Assembly (NCBI GenBank): GCA_965209155.1
Contig: OZ242383.1
Coordinates: forward strand, 2,720,001-2,784,000
Source of the DNA: a bacterium
GTDB lineage: Bacteria; SAR324; NAC60-12
Length of the DNA: 64,000 nucleotides
Direction of reading: 5' to 3'
Shown here: positions 50,168-59,557 of the stretch, piece after piece
Position numbering within the stretch: the stretch's first letter is position 1
Layout of the letters: every line of letters starts with the position of its first letter
Notes under the pieces: generated by a model
The model's input: the letters and a program-made list of their open reading frames with translations, nothing else
What the model was told of the DNA's origin: nothing
The model's database searches: none
Program-made: the position numbers and the translations under genes

Positions 50168-51130
50168 TTATTTGTTTTTTAATTGTCGATAAAACTTTTG
50201 GATTGCTTTCTTCGCGGTTCCTAAATTGCCGGCGCCTCCTTTCAGTCGGGGATCTACCAAATCTCTGACGGCATCACCGAACATATTGATTGAAAAGACC
50301 ACAACCGCCAAACAAGCGCCGGGCCATAAAGCCAAATCCGGGCTGCGCAACATATATTTTTTTCCGGCCAGGTTGAGCATCCCACCCCAACTTGGCTCGG
50401 GAGGCGGAATTCCGAATCCGAGAAAACTGATCTCCGCCTCGGTAATGATGGCTGCACCCAAGGCGGTGGAGAACATCACGATCATCGGGGCAACCAGTTG
50501 AGGGAGAATATGCCTCCAGAGGATTCGCCAGGTTCCGCAGCCCACCGAGCGGGCAGCCTCCACATACATGTTTTCCTTGGCACTGAGCACCACACCCCGC
50601 AGGATGCGCGATCCCCCGATGCCCCACCACACTCCGATCACGATAATCACTGAAACGATTCCCTGGGGCAGCAGGGTCATCACAGTCAAGATAATGAAAA
50701 GGGGAGGAAAAGTAAGAAAGGCATCGACCAACCGTTGAATGAAGAGGTCCACTTTGCCCCCCAAATAGCCGGAGAGGAGGGCGAGGATCACGGCGATTAC
50801 CAGGTGGAGCGCCGCCGCGCCGACCCCGACAATCATCGAAATGCGAGCCCCAAAGACCAAACGGCTGAAGAGGTCCCGGCCGAGTTGGTCTGCTCCCAAA
50901 AGGTGTTCGGCAGAAGGATCGGCAAAACGGGCTTTCATATTGATTGCGCTGACACCATAGGGGGCGATGACGTCAGCAAAAATACCCACCAGCAGTAAAG
51001 CCAGGACCACCACCGCCCCGGCAGCGCCAAGTTTCTTCTCCCGGAGCAGTCTGACTATGAAGGATCGAATTTGTCCTCCGGACTTTGTTGTCCCGGTTGC
51101 TGCAATTCCAGTTTCGATGCTTGTTTCCAT
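50168..51130 (-). CDS. Peptide/nickel ABC permease, DppC/OppC type
   Basis: HLLGADQLGRD, YVEAARSVG and SFLGFG.PPP.PSWGGML motifs. Confidence 0.93.
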   Translation of the reverse strand: METSIETGIAATGTTKSGGQIRSFIVRLLREKKLGAAGAVVVLALLLVGIFADVIAPYGVSAINMKARFADPSAEHLLGADQLGRDLFSRLVFGARISMIVGVGAAALHLVIAVILALLSGYLGGKVDLFIQRLVDAFLTFPPLFIILTVMTLLPQGIVSVIIVIGVWWGIGGSRILRGVVLSAKENMYVEAARSVGCGTWRILWRHILPQLVAPMIVMFSTALGAAIITEAEISFLGFGIPPPEPSWGGMLNLAGKKYMLRSPDLALWPGACLAVVVFSINMFGDAVRDLVDPRLKGGAGNLGTAKKAIQKFYRQLKNK

Positions 51131-51172
51131 GGTTTTTTAAATTTGAAAACAGGGCATTGGGTAGAGTCCGAT

Positions 51173-52033
51173 TCAGCCGTCGTAAAACTGCATGGGGTGC
51201 AGTCCGAGCAAGCGGCGTTCCCGATCCGAAGCAATACGTTCGATAGCAGCCGGGTCGACGTGATTCACGGACTCCGTAGTTTTGACCCGTTGGGCGATAT
51301 CACGCCTGGCGTAATGCACCTGCAGGAAAAATCGACCCGTGTCCCCTTCCTGCGTGGGCAGCCGCCGGTGCCATATGTCGGAGACAAACAATGCCACGTC
51401 ACCTGCTTTGGCAATCAAGGGTTTCGCTTTGACTCCGTTCCAACTCAGTTCATCGTCCATGATCCGATCCAAGGGTGGGTGCGTTCCAGACTTGTGACTG
51501 CCCGGGATCACTCCGGTGGGACCACATTTGCGAGGGCAGTCGATTAAAAAGATATGGGCTCCTATGGCAAATACCGGATGGGGAAGGTTTTCCGGCCAGA
51601 CCTGGTCCGGACGGAGGGGAATGTGCGGACCGCCATCGAGATGCCATCCTCCGGCCAGACCCACTTCACCAGGAGGATTTTTCCAGCAGATATTGGCAAT
51701 GATGTGACAGTCTTCCCCCAGCAGGGGCTCAATCACGTCGAGAATCTCCCGTCGTCCCGCAATGGCCTGACACAATGGGCTGTGATTATACATCTCGTAG
51801 CGGAAATGGTGACTATCATTCAAACCCAGTTTATCGCGGTACCGGCTATCCGGCTGACGTTCGTCGTAAACCTTATTGATTTCTGTTCTGAGCGCTTTCA
51901 ACTCCCTGGCGTTGAAGGCTTTGCGTACAATAGTATACCCCTGCTCCTCCAACTCTACGGACTCTTCAGGCACCGGGGTCTCCCGGACTGCCAGGTATTT
52001 GATATCGCCCATCCATTCTTTACGTGTCAGCAT
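51173..52033 (-). CDS. PhyH-family dioxygenase (divergent from the other five)
   Basis: WHLD, GPTGVIPGSH and WHR motifs. Confidence 0.88.
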   Translation of the reverse strand: MLTRKEWMGDIKYLAVRETPVPEESVELEEQGYTIVRKAFNARELKALRTEINKVYDERQPDSRYRDKLGLNDSHHFRYEMYNHSPLCQAIAGRREILDVIEPLLGEDCHIIANICWKNPPGEVGLAGGWHLDGGPHIPLRPDQVWPENLPHPVFAIGAHIFLIDCPRKCGPTGVIPGSHKSGTHPPLDRIMDDELSWNGVKAKPLIAKAGDVALFVSDIWHRRLPTQEGDTGRFFLQVHYARRDIAQRVKTTESVNHVDPAAIERIASDRERRLLGLHPMQFYDG

Positions 52034-52215
52034 ATTTACCTTTCCCGAAATATAATAATCAGATTTTTCAATAACTTTCCTGGGATTGAACCCGACTCTC
52101 TTTTCCTCCTTCCACCACTACCCAATGAAGGGAGTATTATACTTAAATATGGACCCAATTCAGTGAGAGACGCCAGACACCCTACAACAGGTAGCTAAAA
52201 ACTCACAGCTAATAG

Positions 52216-53175
52216 CTACCGATAATGAATCCGCGGATCGAGCCAGGCGTAGCTTATGTCCACCAGGAGATTGACGATCAGTACAAAACCCGCCAAAACG
52301 ACATTGATGGCGGAGACGACGGTATAATCGCGGATCTTTAAAGCATCTACCAGGAGCGCCCCGACACCAGGCAGGGAAAAGATGATCTCCACCACCACGG
52401 CTCCACCAATCAAAACCGGGACTTGCAGACCCAGAATGGTGACCAGCGGGATGAGGGTATTCTTCACCACGTGCCGGATCACCACGACTCTTTCCCGCAG
52501 CCCCTTGGCCCAGGCCGTCCTCACGTAGTCCTGCCGGAGCACCTCCAGGATCAAGGTACGGGTCATTCTCATAGTAAATCCGGAGAACCACATCCCCATG
52601 AGCAGGGACGGAATAATCATGATTCCCAGGTTGGCAAGGGGATCTTCCCAGAATTCGACATAAGTCAACACCGGGGACCAATGCCACCAGAGCGCGCCAT
52701 AGAGCAGGATCATCGTGGCCAACCAGAACGTGGGGACGGTGATGAGGAGAATGGCAAAACTACGTAGTAAATTATCAGTCGTGGACTCGGGACGCAGACC
52801 GGAAATAATACCCACCGGCAGGCTGACAATAAACCCGATGATGATGGTCAGGATACCGAGTTCAACTGAGACCGGCAGTCTCAGGAGGATGTCTTCAAAG
52901 ACCGGGGTGCCAGTCCATAGCGATTTACCAAAATCTCCTTGCAGCGCCCCTGTGATCCATCTCCCGTACTGGACATAAGCAGGCGCGTCGAGCCCCAATT
53001 GTTGCTCCAACAGCTTGCGGAGTTCCTTCACGTCCCCGCCCCCCATCGCGAGTTGAGCGACCAACAGGTCGACCACGTCGCCCGGAATGAAACGGAGGGT
53101 GAAAAAAACGATGATCGAAATCAGGAAAAGGGTGGGGATAATCAGTAAAACCCTTCTGATAATATAGGCTTGCAT
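52216..53175 (-). CDS. Peptide/nickel ABC permease, DppB/OppB type
   Basis: YIIRR, GLD.P, GDFGKS, DYVRTAWAKGL and DPRI motifs. Confidence 0.93.
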   Translation of the reverse strand: MQAYIIRRVLLIIPTLFLISIIVFFTLRFIPGDVVDLLVAQLAMGGGDVKELRKLLEQQLGLDAPAYVQYGRWITGALQGDFGKSLWTGTPVFEDILLRLPVSVELGILTIIIGFIVSLPVGIISGLRPESTTDNLLRSFAILLITVPTFWLATMILLYGALWWHWSPVLTYVEFWEDPLANLGIMIIPSLLMGMWFSGFTMRMTRTLILEVLRQDYVRTAWAKGLRERVVVIRHVVKNTLIPLVTILGLQVPVLIGGAVVVEIIFSLPGVGALLVDALKIRDYTVVSAINVVLAGFVLIVNLLVDISYAWLDPRIHYR

Positions 53176-53234
53176 GATCTCCCTTACCTGGTGGTCAGTT
53201 TTTTTAGAATAATTAATGATTTCAATGATTTTTC

Positions 53235-53540
53235 ACTCCAGTCCCGGATGCAGTTACCACGTCTCGTTGCATACCCCTGGATTCCTGGTCAAGCCAGGAA
53301 TGACAAAAACCGGGAAATCATGATTTTTCATTCCAGTCCCGGATGCAGTTGCCACGTCTCGTTGCATACCTCTGGATTCCTGGTCAAGCCAGGAATGACA
53401 AAAACCGGAAATCACGTCCGATTACCTGAGGGGTAGCGGAGTTTTTTTCCTTTGTCATTCCGGCCCCCGATCCGGAATCCATGACTTCCATAATCGATTT
53501 CTGGATTCCTGGTCAAGCCAGGAATGACAAAAACGGGAAA
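53235..53540. repeat. REP-like palindrome array
   Basis: CTGGATTCCTGGTCAAGCCAGGAATGAC at 53277, 53372 and 53501. Confidence 0.9.
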
Positions 53541-53603
53541 TCAAATCCAACTTGATATGATCGAAAGCCCGTTCCCCCCTTTGAAAAAAAGGGGGATGGG
53601 ATA

Positions 53604-55343
53604 TCAGTCATTACACTCGCGACCGCTTTTTTCTTTCTTCAAGGCGCAGTCGACCCAGAGGAACTTGTTGGTGTACCAGAAATTGAGCGAGAATCCCTGT
53701 TCTCCATTATAGTTCTTCAACCACGGTTGCCAGTAGTTGTGCGGATAAAACACAACCGAGAATAAATACCAGGCGTTGCGCAGCGCAGTGAGATTGATCG
53801 CTTTCCATTTTTCAAGTCGCTCCATAGGATCGGCGGTCGACTTCGCATCCTGAAAGTTGGCATCCCAAGTCGGGTCGGTAATATGGCCGACATGGGGCAT
53901 GGTGATGTTCATGTCAAATGTCAAAAAGTGCCAGGGGCTCAACCCGGGGGAACCTGCGTCTTTCACCGCAAACCCTTTGTGCCCCGGCTTCATCAGCAGA
54001 TTCTCCAGCGCTGTGAGATCCATCAATTTGATTTCGGTGTTTATGCCTACTGCGGCGAGGTAACCGGCAATCACTTCGGCCTCTTCCTGGAAGATGGCGG
54101 TCACCACCTCGGTGTCAAAGCCATCGGGATAACCGGCTTCGGCCAGGAGATGTTTAGCTTTTTCGGGATTATACGTAAAAAGTTCCTGGATATCCGCAGG
54201 CAGTTCCTCCAGTCCCATAAAATAGGGGGCCATTCCCTCGTAGGTCAAACTTGTCATAATCGCCGAGCTTCCCCCATAGAAATCGTCAACGATCCCTTGA
54301 TGGTCAATGGCCAGCATGGCCGCGTGACGCACCCGTTGATCATTCCAGGGCTCCAAGTCCTGCCGCACGGGCATTGCCCAAAAGTTTGCCGAGGTTTCGG
54401 TATGCATCAGTTCGGGATTGGTTTTCGACAGTTCGACCACGTAATCGTGCGGAACCCCATACCAGGGGGCAATCTTATCCAGTTTGCCGGTGCGTAGTCC
54501 TGCCAAATGCGTCCCCCAATCAGCAAAGTGGACCATCTTCATACCATCGAGATAGGGCAACCGGTTCTCGGGATGGAGGGGATCATAGTCCCAGTAGTTT
54601 TGATTCTTTTTGTAGGTGGTCGTCCCCCCGCTGACAAAATCGGTGGGGATGAATGCTCCTGTGCCCAAGGTATTTTTCCAATCCTTCCGGTCCATCTCTC
54701 CGATCTCTCGGGGTAAAACAGCCATCATGATAGACAGCCACCATCGTGGCATGACGGTATAGTCTGGAGTTTCCCAATGCACGAGAATATTCCGACTATC
54801 CAGAGCCGTCATTTTGTAGGGTTGGCCCCAAAGAGTTACATTCAAATTGAAAGCAAACGCGACATCTTCCGCATCTACCTCTCTTCCATAGGCGCTCTCC
54901 AGTTGCTCATTCGGCCGGACCACATCCTCCTTATTCCAGAAATGAATGCCCCGGCGGATTCTTATTTTCATACTGGTGCCATCCAGGAATTCCCAATGTT
55001 CGATCACTCCACCTGTCATATGCGGCCAAGAGGGTTTCACGTCGGTAAAGAGCGTCTCGCCGGTACCGGACTGCCCTCTCGTCCAGTCCATTTGCCAGAT
55101 AGGGTCATATAACACGGCAGTTGTATGACTCACATGAGGGCCTGCCATCGGATCCCACACTGTGAGCCCGGCCCGCATGAGGTCGGTGATGGAGCCTCCA
55201 TATTGCGGTTTCTCCACTTCTTTGGTGACCTCCGTGCCATCGAGTTTCCTCAGCTTCAAGGTCACCATTTCCGCAGCAGACACGGCGCCTGCTACCAACA
55301 ACACGACCAACAAGGTCATCATTTTTTTACTGATATGATTCAT
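53604..55343 (-). CDS. ABC substrate-binding protein, family 5 (tandem paralog B)
   Basis: GGAGG RBS before MNHISKK; signal peptide; GTGAF, LPYLDG, D.RVRHA and LAEAGYP.GF motifs. Confidence 0.9.
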   Translation of the reverse strand: MNHISKKMMTLLVVLLVAGAVSAAEMVTLKLRKLDGTEVTKEVEKPQYGGSITDLMRAGLTVWDPMAGPHVSHTTAVLYDPIWQMDWTRGQSGTGETLFTDVKPSWPHMTGGVIEHWEFLDGTSMKIRIRRGIHFWNKEDVVRPNEQLESAYGREVDAEDVAFAFNLNVTLWGQPYKMTALDSRNILVHWETPDYTVMPRWWLSIMMAVLPREIGEMDRKDWKNTLGTGAFIPTDFVSGGTTTYKKNQNYWDYDPLHPENRLPYLDGMKMVHFADWGTHLAGLRTGKLDKIAPWYGVPHDYVVELSKTNPELMHTETSANFWAMPVRQDLEPWNDQRVRHAAMLAIDHQGIVDDFYGGSSAIMTSLTYEGMAPYFMGLEELPADIQELFTYNPEKAKHLLAEAGYPDGFDTEVVTAIFQEEAEVIAGYLAAVGINTEIKLMDLTALENLLMKPGHKGFAVKDAGSPGLSPWHFLTFDMNITMPHVGHITDPTWDANFQDAKSTADPMERLEKWKAINLTALRNAWYLFSVVFYPHNYWQPWLKNYNGEQGFSLNFWYTNKFLWVDCALKKEKSGRECND

Positions 55344-55614
55344 ATATCCTCCATTTATCGAGAATGATTGAGAAATACAGGCGGCCCCATTCCGCATTCG
55401 TGAATTCAACATGCCAGATTCCTGATGAAAAGTTGAACAAAATTGATTTTCTCGCGTGATTGCCTCATTGCGCTCTCCTTTTAAAAATGAACAAAACGTG
55501 ACGCTCTCTGGTGTCGATGTTTTCCGATGATCCCCTGCCTTTCCAAGACTGGAAGGTAAGAATTGGAATTTTAAATAAAAATTTATAAACCGCTTGTCAA
55601 GATTTATTTAATTG

Positions 55615-55980
55615 AGGGGTAGCGGAGTTTATTTTTCCTTTGTCATTCCGGCCCCGATCCAGAATCCATTACTTCCATACTCGATTTCTGGATTCCTGGT
55701 CAAGCCAGGAATGACAAAAACGGGAAATCACGTCCAACTACCTGAGGGGTAGCGGAGTTTTTTTTCCTTTGTCATTCCGGCCCCGATCCGGAATCCATTA
55801 CTTCCATTCTCGATTTCTGGATTCCTGGTCAAGCCAGGAATGACAAAAACGGGAAATCACGTCCAACTACCTGAGGGGTAGCGGAGTTTTTTTCCTTTGT
55901 CATTCCGGCCACCGATCCGGAATCCTTAACTTCCATACTCGATTTCTGGATTCCTGGTCAAGCCAGGAATGACAAAAACA
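55615..55980. repeat. REP-like array of three 129-bp units
   Basis: Core palindrome at 55688, 55817 and 55946. Confidence 0.92.
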
Positions 55981-56047
55981 AGAAATCAAATCCAACTTGA
56001 TATGATCGAAAGCCCGTTCCCCCCTTTGAAAAAAAGGGGGTGGGAAA

Positions 56048-57790
56048 TCAGTCATTACACTCACGACCGCTTTTTTCTTTCTTCAAGGCGCAGTCGACCC
56101 AGAGGAACTTGTTGGTGTACCAGAAATTGAGCGAGAATCCCTGTTCTCCATTATAGTTCTTCAACCAGGCCTGCCAGTAGTTGTGTGGATAATACGCCAC
56201 AGAGAACAAAGCCCAACTGTTACGCATAGCGGTGACATTGATCGCTTTCCATTTTTCAAGCCGCTCCATGGGATCGGCCGTCGACTGCGCGTCCTTGAAG
56301 TTGGCATCCCAAGACGGGTCGGTAATATGGCCGACATGGGGCATGGTGGCATTCAGATCGAAGGTCAACCAGTGCCACGGGCTCAACCCGGGGGAACCAG
56401 AGTCTTTCACTGACATTCCCAAGTGCCCTGGCTTCATCATCAGGTTCTCCAGCGCTGTGAGATCCATTATCTTGATTTCGACTTCAATGCCCACTGCGGC
56501 GAGGTAACCGGCAATCATTTCCGATTCCTCGGCGAATACCGCCGTCACCAACTCGGTTTTAAAGCCATTGGGATAGCCGGCTTCAGCCAGGAGTTGTTTC
56601 GCTTTTTCGGGGTTATAGCCAAAGAGTTCCTGAACATCCGCGGGGTGTTCTTCCAAGGTCATATAATAGGGCTCCTGCCCCTTGTAGGTCAAATTGTGCA
56701 CAATTTCCGCGTTTCCACCGTAGAAATCATCAACAATCCCCTGGTGGTCGATGGCCATCATGGCCGCATGGCGCACCCTGATATCACTCCAGGGCTCCAA
56801 GTCCTGTCGTACAGGCGTATGCAATGCATTTGCCGAGGTAGGGGCGTGCAGCACCTCGGGGTTGGTCTGCGACATTTCGACCACGTAATCGTGCGGAACC
56901 CCATACCAGGGAGCAATTTTATCCAGTTTGCCGGTACGCAGCGCTGCCATCTGTGCTCCCCAATCCGCTGAAAAGTGAATCATCTTCATGCCATCGAGAT
57001 AAGGCAATCGGTTCTCGGGATGGAGGGGGTCATAGTCCCAGTAGTTCGGGTTCTTTTTAAACGTGGTCGTCCCTCCACTGACATAATCGGTGGGGATGAA
57101 GGGACCGGTGCCCAAAGCATTTTTCCAATCTTTCCGGTCCAGGTCTCCGAGTTCTCGGGGTAACACAGCCGTAAAGACAGAAACCCACCACTGTGGCATG
57201 GAAGTATAGTTAGCGGGCTCCCAGCGGATGATAAGGTTCTGACTGTCCAGAACCACCGCTTTGTACGGTTGCCCCCAAAGGGAACTGTTCAAATTGATGG
57301 CAAAGGCGACATCCTCGGCATCGGCTTCTCGTCCGTAAGCAGTCGCCAATTGCTCATGAGGCTGGACGACATCCTCCTTGTTCCAGAAGTGAATGCCCCG
57401 GCGGATTCGTAATCTCATGCTATTGCCATCTGTGAATTCCCAATGCTCGAGCACCGCTCCTGTGGCATACGACCAAAGGGGGAACACATCGGTAAAGCGC
57501 GCCTCGCCAGTCCCCGAGGATCCTCTCGTCCAGTCCATCTGCCACATATTGTCATGAATCGGGGAAGTCATATGGGCAATATGGCGTCCCCCCATCGGGT
57601 CCCACACCCCAAGCCCTGCCCGCATGAGGTCCGTGATGGAGCCTCCATATTGCGGTTTCTCCACTTCTTTGGTGACCTCCGTGCCATCGAGTTTTTTCAG
57701 CTTCAAGGTCACCATTTCCGCAGCAGACACAGCGCCTGCTACCAACAACACGACCAACAAGGTCATCATTTTTTTACTGATATGATTCAT
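56048..57790 (-). CDS. ABC substrate-binding protein, family 5 (tandem paralog A)
   Basis: Same motifs as paralog B; termini almost identical to it. Confidence 0.9.
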   Translation of the reverse strand: MNHISKKMMTLLVVLLVAGAVSAAEMVTLKLKKLDGTEVTKEVEKPQYGGSITDLMRAGLGVWDPMGGRHIAHMTSPIHDNMWQMDWTRGSSGTGEARFTDVFPLWSYATGAVLEHWEFTDGNSMRLRIRRGIHFWNKEDVVQPHEQLATAYGREADAEDVAFAINLNSSLWGQPYKAVVLDSQNLIIRWEPANYTSMPQWWVSVFTAVLPRELGDLDRKDWKNALGTGPFIPTDYVSGGTTTFKKNPNYWDYDPLHPENRLPYLDGMKMIHFSADWGAQMAALRTGKLDKIAPWYGVPHDYVVEMSQTNPEVLHAPTSANALHTPVRQDLEPWSDIRVRHAAMMAIDHQGIVDDFYGGNAEIVHNLTYKGQEPYYMTLEEHPADVQELFGYNPEKAKQLLAEAGYPNGFKTELVTAVFAEESEMIAGYLAAVGIEVEIKIMDLTALENLMMKPGHLGMSVKDSGSPGLSPWHWLTFDLNATMPHVGHITDPSWDANFKDAQSTADPMERLEKWKAINVTAMRNSWALFSVAYYPHNYWQAWLKNYNGEQGFSLNFWYTNKFLWVDCALKKEKSGRECND

Positions 57791-58232
57791 ATATCCTCCA
57801 TTTATCGAGAATGATTGAGAAATACGGGCGGACCAATTCCGCGTTCGTGAATTTAACATGCCAGACTCCTTATGAAAAGTTGAACAAAATTGATTTTCTC
57901 GCGTGATTGCCTCATTGCGCTCTCCTTTTAAAAATGAACTAAACGTGACGCTCTCTGGCGTCGATGTTTTCCGATGATCCCCTGCCTTTCCAAGACTGGA
58001 AGGTGAGAATTGGAATTTTAAATAAAAGTTTATAAATCGCTAGTCAAGATATTTTAATACAACTTTATTGCCAAAGCAATCAAAATTAATATATATTCTA
58101 GCTACAAGAATCAAGGGAAACATAGTTTTTTTATTCGTTTGGAATCAGGGCACCTCGAATGAAGTCGAACTTTTATTTTAAGTAACCCGAGTTTGAGATA
58201 AGCATTTAAATCAATCAAATTGAGCGACAACA

Positions 58233-59483
58233 ATGAATAAACACCATCACAATTCAAGATCCGCCTTGCAGGACCTGAAAATTTTAGACATGACCCGCGT
58301 ATTGGGGGGACCTTATGCCACGCAAATCCTGGCAGACCATGGGGCGGCGGTCATCAAAGTCGAGGCTGAAACAGGCGACGAAACACGAGGTTGGGGTCCG
58401 CCTTTCAGACGTGGGGTGTCATCCTATTTTTTGAACTTGAACCGCAACAAGAAATCAATCGTGATCGATTTACGTCGTAATGACGGTAGGGAAATCGTCT
58501 TACGTCTTCTGCGGGATACGGACGTTCTCCTGGAAAATTTCAAGACGGGTACGATGGAAAGATGGGGACTCGGCTATCAACAGATTTTGCAGGAAAAGTT
58601 CCCGCAACTGGTCCATTGCCGAATTTCCGGATTCGGTGAGAACGGCCCGTTTGGAGGCGCTCCGGGTTATGACGCGATCTTGCAAGCCATGACCGGAATG
58701 ATGTCGATCAATGGTATGGAAAGTAGTGGAACAGTTCGTATGGGGGCTCCGATGGTCGATATGGGTACCGGTCTCTACAGCGTGGTCGGAATTTTAATGG
58801 CGCTTCTGGAAAGGCAGCGTTCTGGATTGGGCCAATTTATAGACATGACCCTTTATGACAGCGCATTGGCTCTCACTCATCCATACAATGCCAACTATTT
58901 CATATCTGGAAAACCCGGTAAAGCAGTTGGTAATTCACATCCAAACATTTCTCCCTACGACAAGTTCAAAACCAGGACCAATGAAATTTTTCTGGGAATC
59001 GGAAATAATGCGGGGTTTGCTAAACTTTGCCAGGCGTTGGGTTTGTCCGAGTTGGCTTCAGACCCCCGATATCACACCAACGCGGATCGGGTGAAGAACA
59101 GGGATACCTTGAACAAAAAGCTGGCAGACGTGTTGTCAGACGTCGATGGGGCGGTGTTTGCTGAAAAACTGCTCGCTGCCGGTTTACCTGCTGGTCCGGT
59201 GCGGGATATGAAGGAAGCGCTGGATCATCCCCACACCCATCATCGCCAAATGCGTATCCGCAAAGATTGGTATGAAGGGATCGCTTCTCCGATTAAGTTC
59301 ACTCGCTCAAAATCCGTTGGCATCCGCCAACTCCCCCCGTTGCTGGGTGAACACACTCGAGAAGTACTCGTAAAAGCAGGCTACAGTGAGACTGAAATTG
59401 AGGAACTCCTGGCCGATGGTACGGTTTCTGAATACGTCGCAGGTGCAGTGCTTTCCGATGCGGCATCTTTACAAGAAAAGTAA
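58233..59483 (+). CDS. CaiB/BaiF family III CoA transferase (stop codon supplied by the IS66 IRL)
   Basis: LDMTRVLGGP, LNRNKKS, ENF and GYD motifs, plus catalytic D in PMVDMGTG. Confidence 0.93.
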   Translation: MNKHHHNSRSALQDLKILDMTRVLGGPYATQILADHGAAVIKVEAETGDETRGWGPPFRRGVSSYFLNLNRNKKSIVIDLRRNDGREIVLRLLRDTDVLLENFKTGTMERWGLGYQQILQEKFPQLVHCRISGFGENGPFGGAPGYDAILQAMTGMMSINGMESSGTVRMGAPMVDMGTGLYSVVGILMALLERQRSGLGQFIDMTLYDSALALTHPYNANYFISGKPGKAVGNSHPNISPYDKFKTRTNEIFLGIGNNAGFAKLCQALGLSELASDPRYHTNADRVKNRDTLNKKLADVLSDVDGAVFAEKLLAAGLPAGPVRDMKEALDHPHTHHRQMRIRKDWYEGIASPIKFTRSKSVGIRQLPPLLGEHTREVLVKAGYSETEIEELLADGTVSEYVAGAVLSDAASLQEK

Positions 59484-59557
59484 CTATTTAGGATTCTTTA
59501 GATCCCCCATTGATTTAAGCACAGATTTTGCATGGCATAAAGTCCAGAAAGGACATT

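Noticed and set aside
49348..50268. 306-aa + strand ORF
   Set aside because: Antisense to a PhyH gene; similar shadows occur over its paralogs.
55615..55980. Possible CRISPR or attC array
   Set aside because: Inter-palindrome sequence is also repeated; it matches the GTCATTCC..GGAATCC REP-like style; no integron integrase is present.
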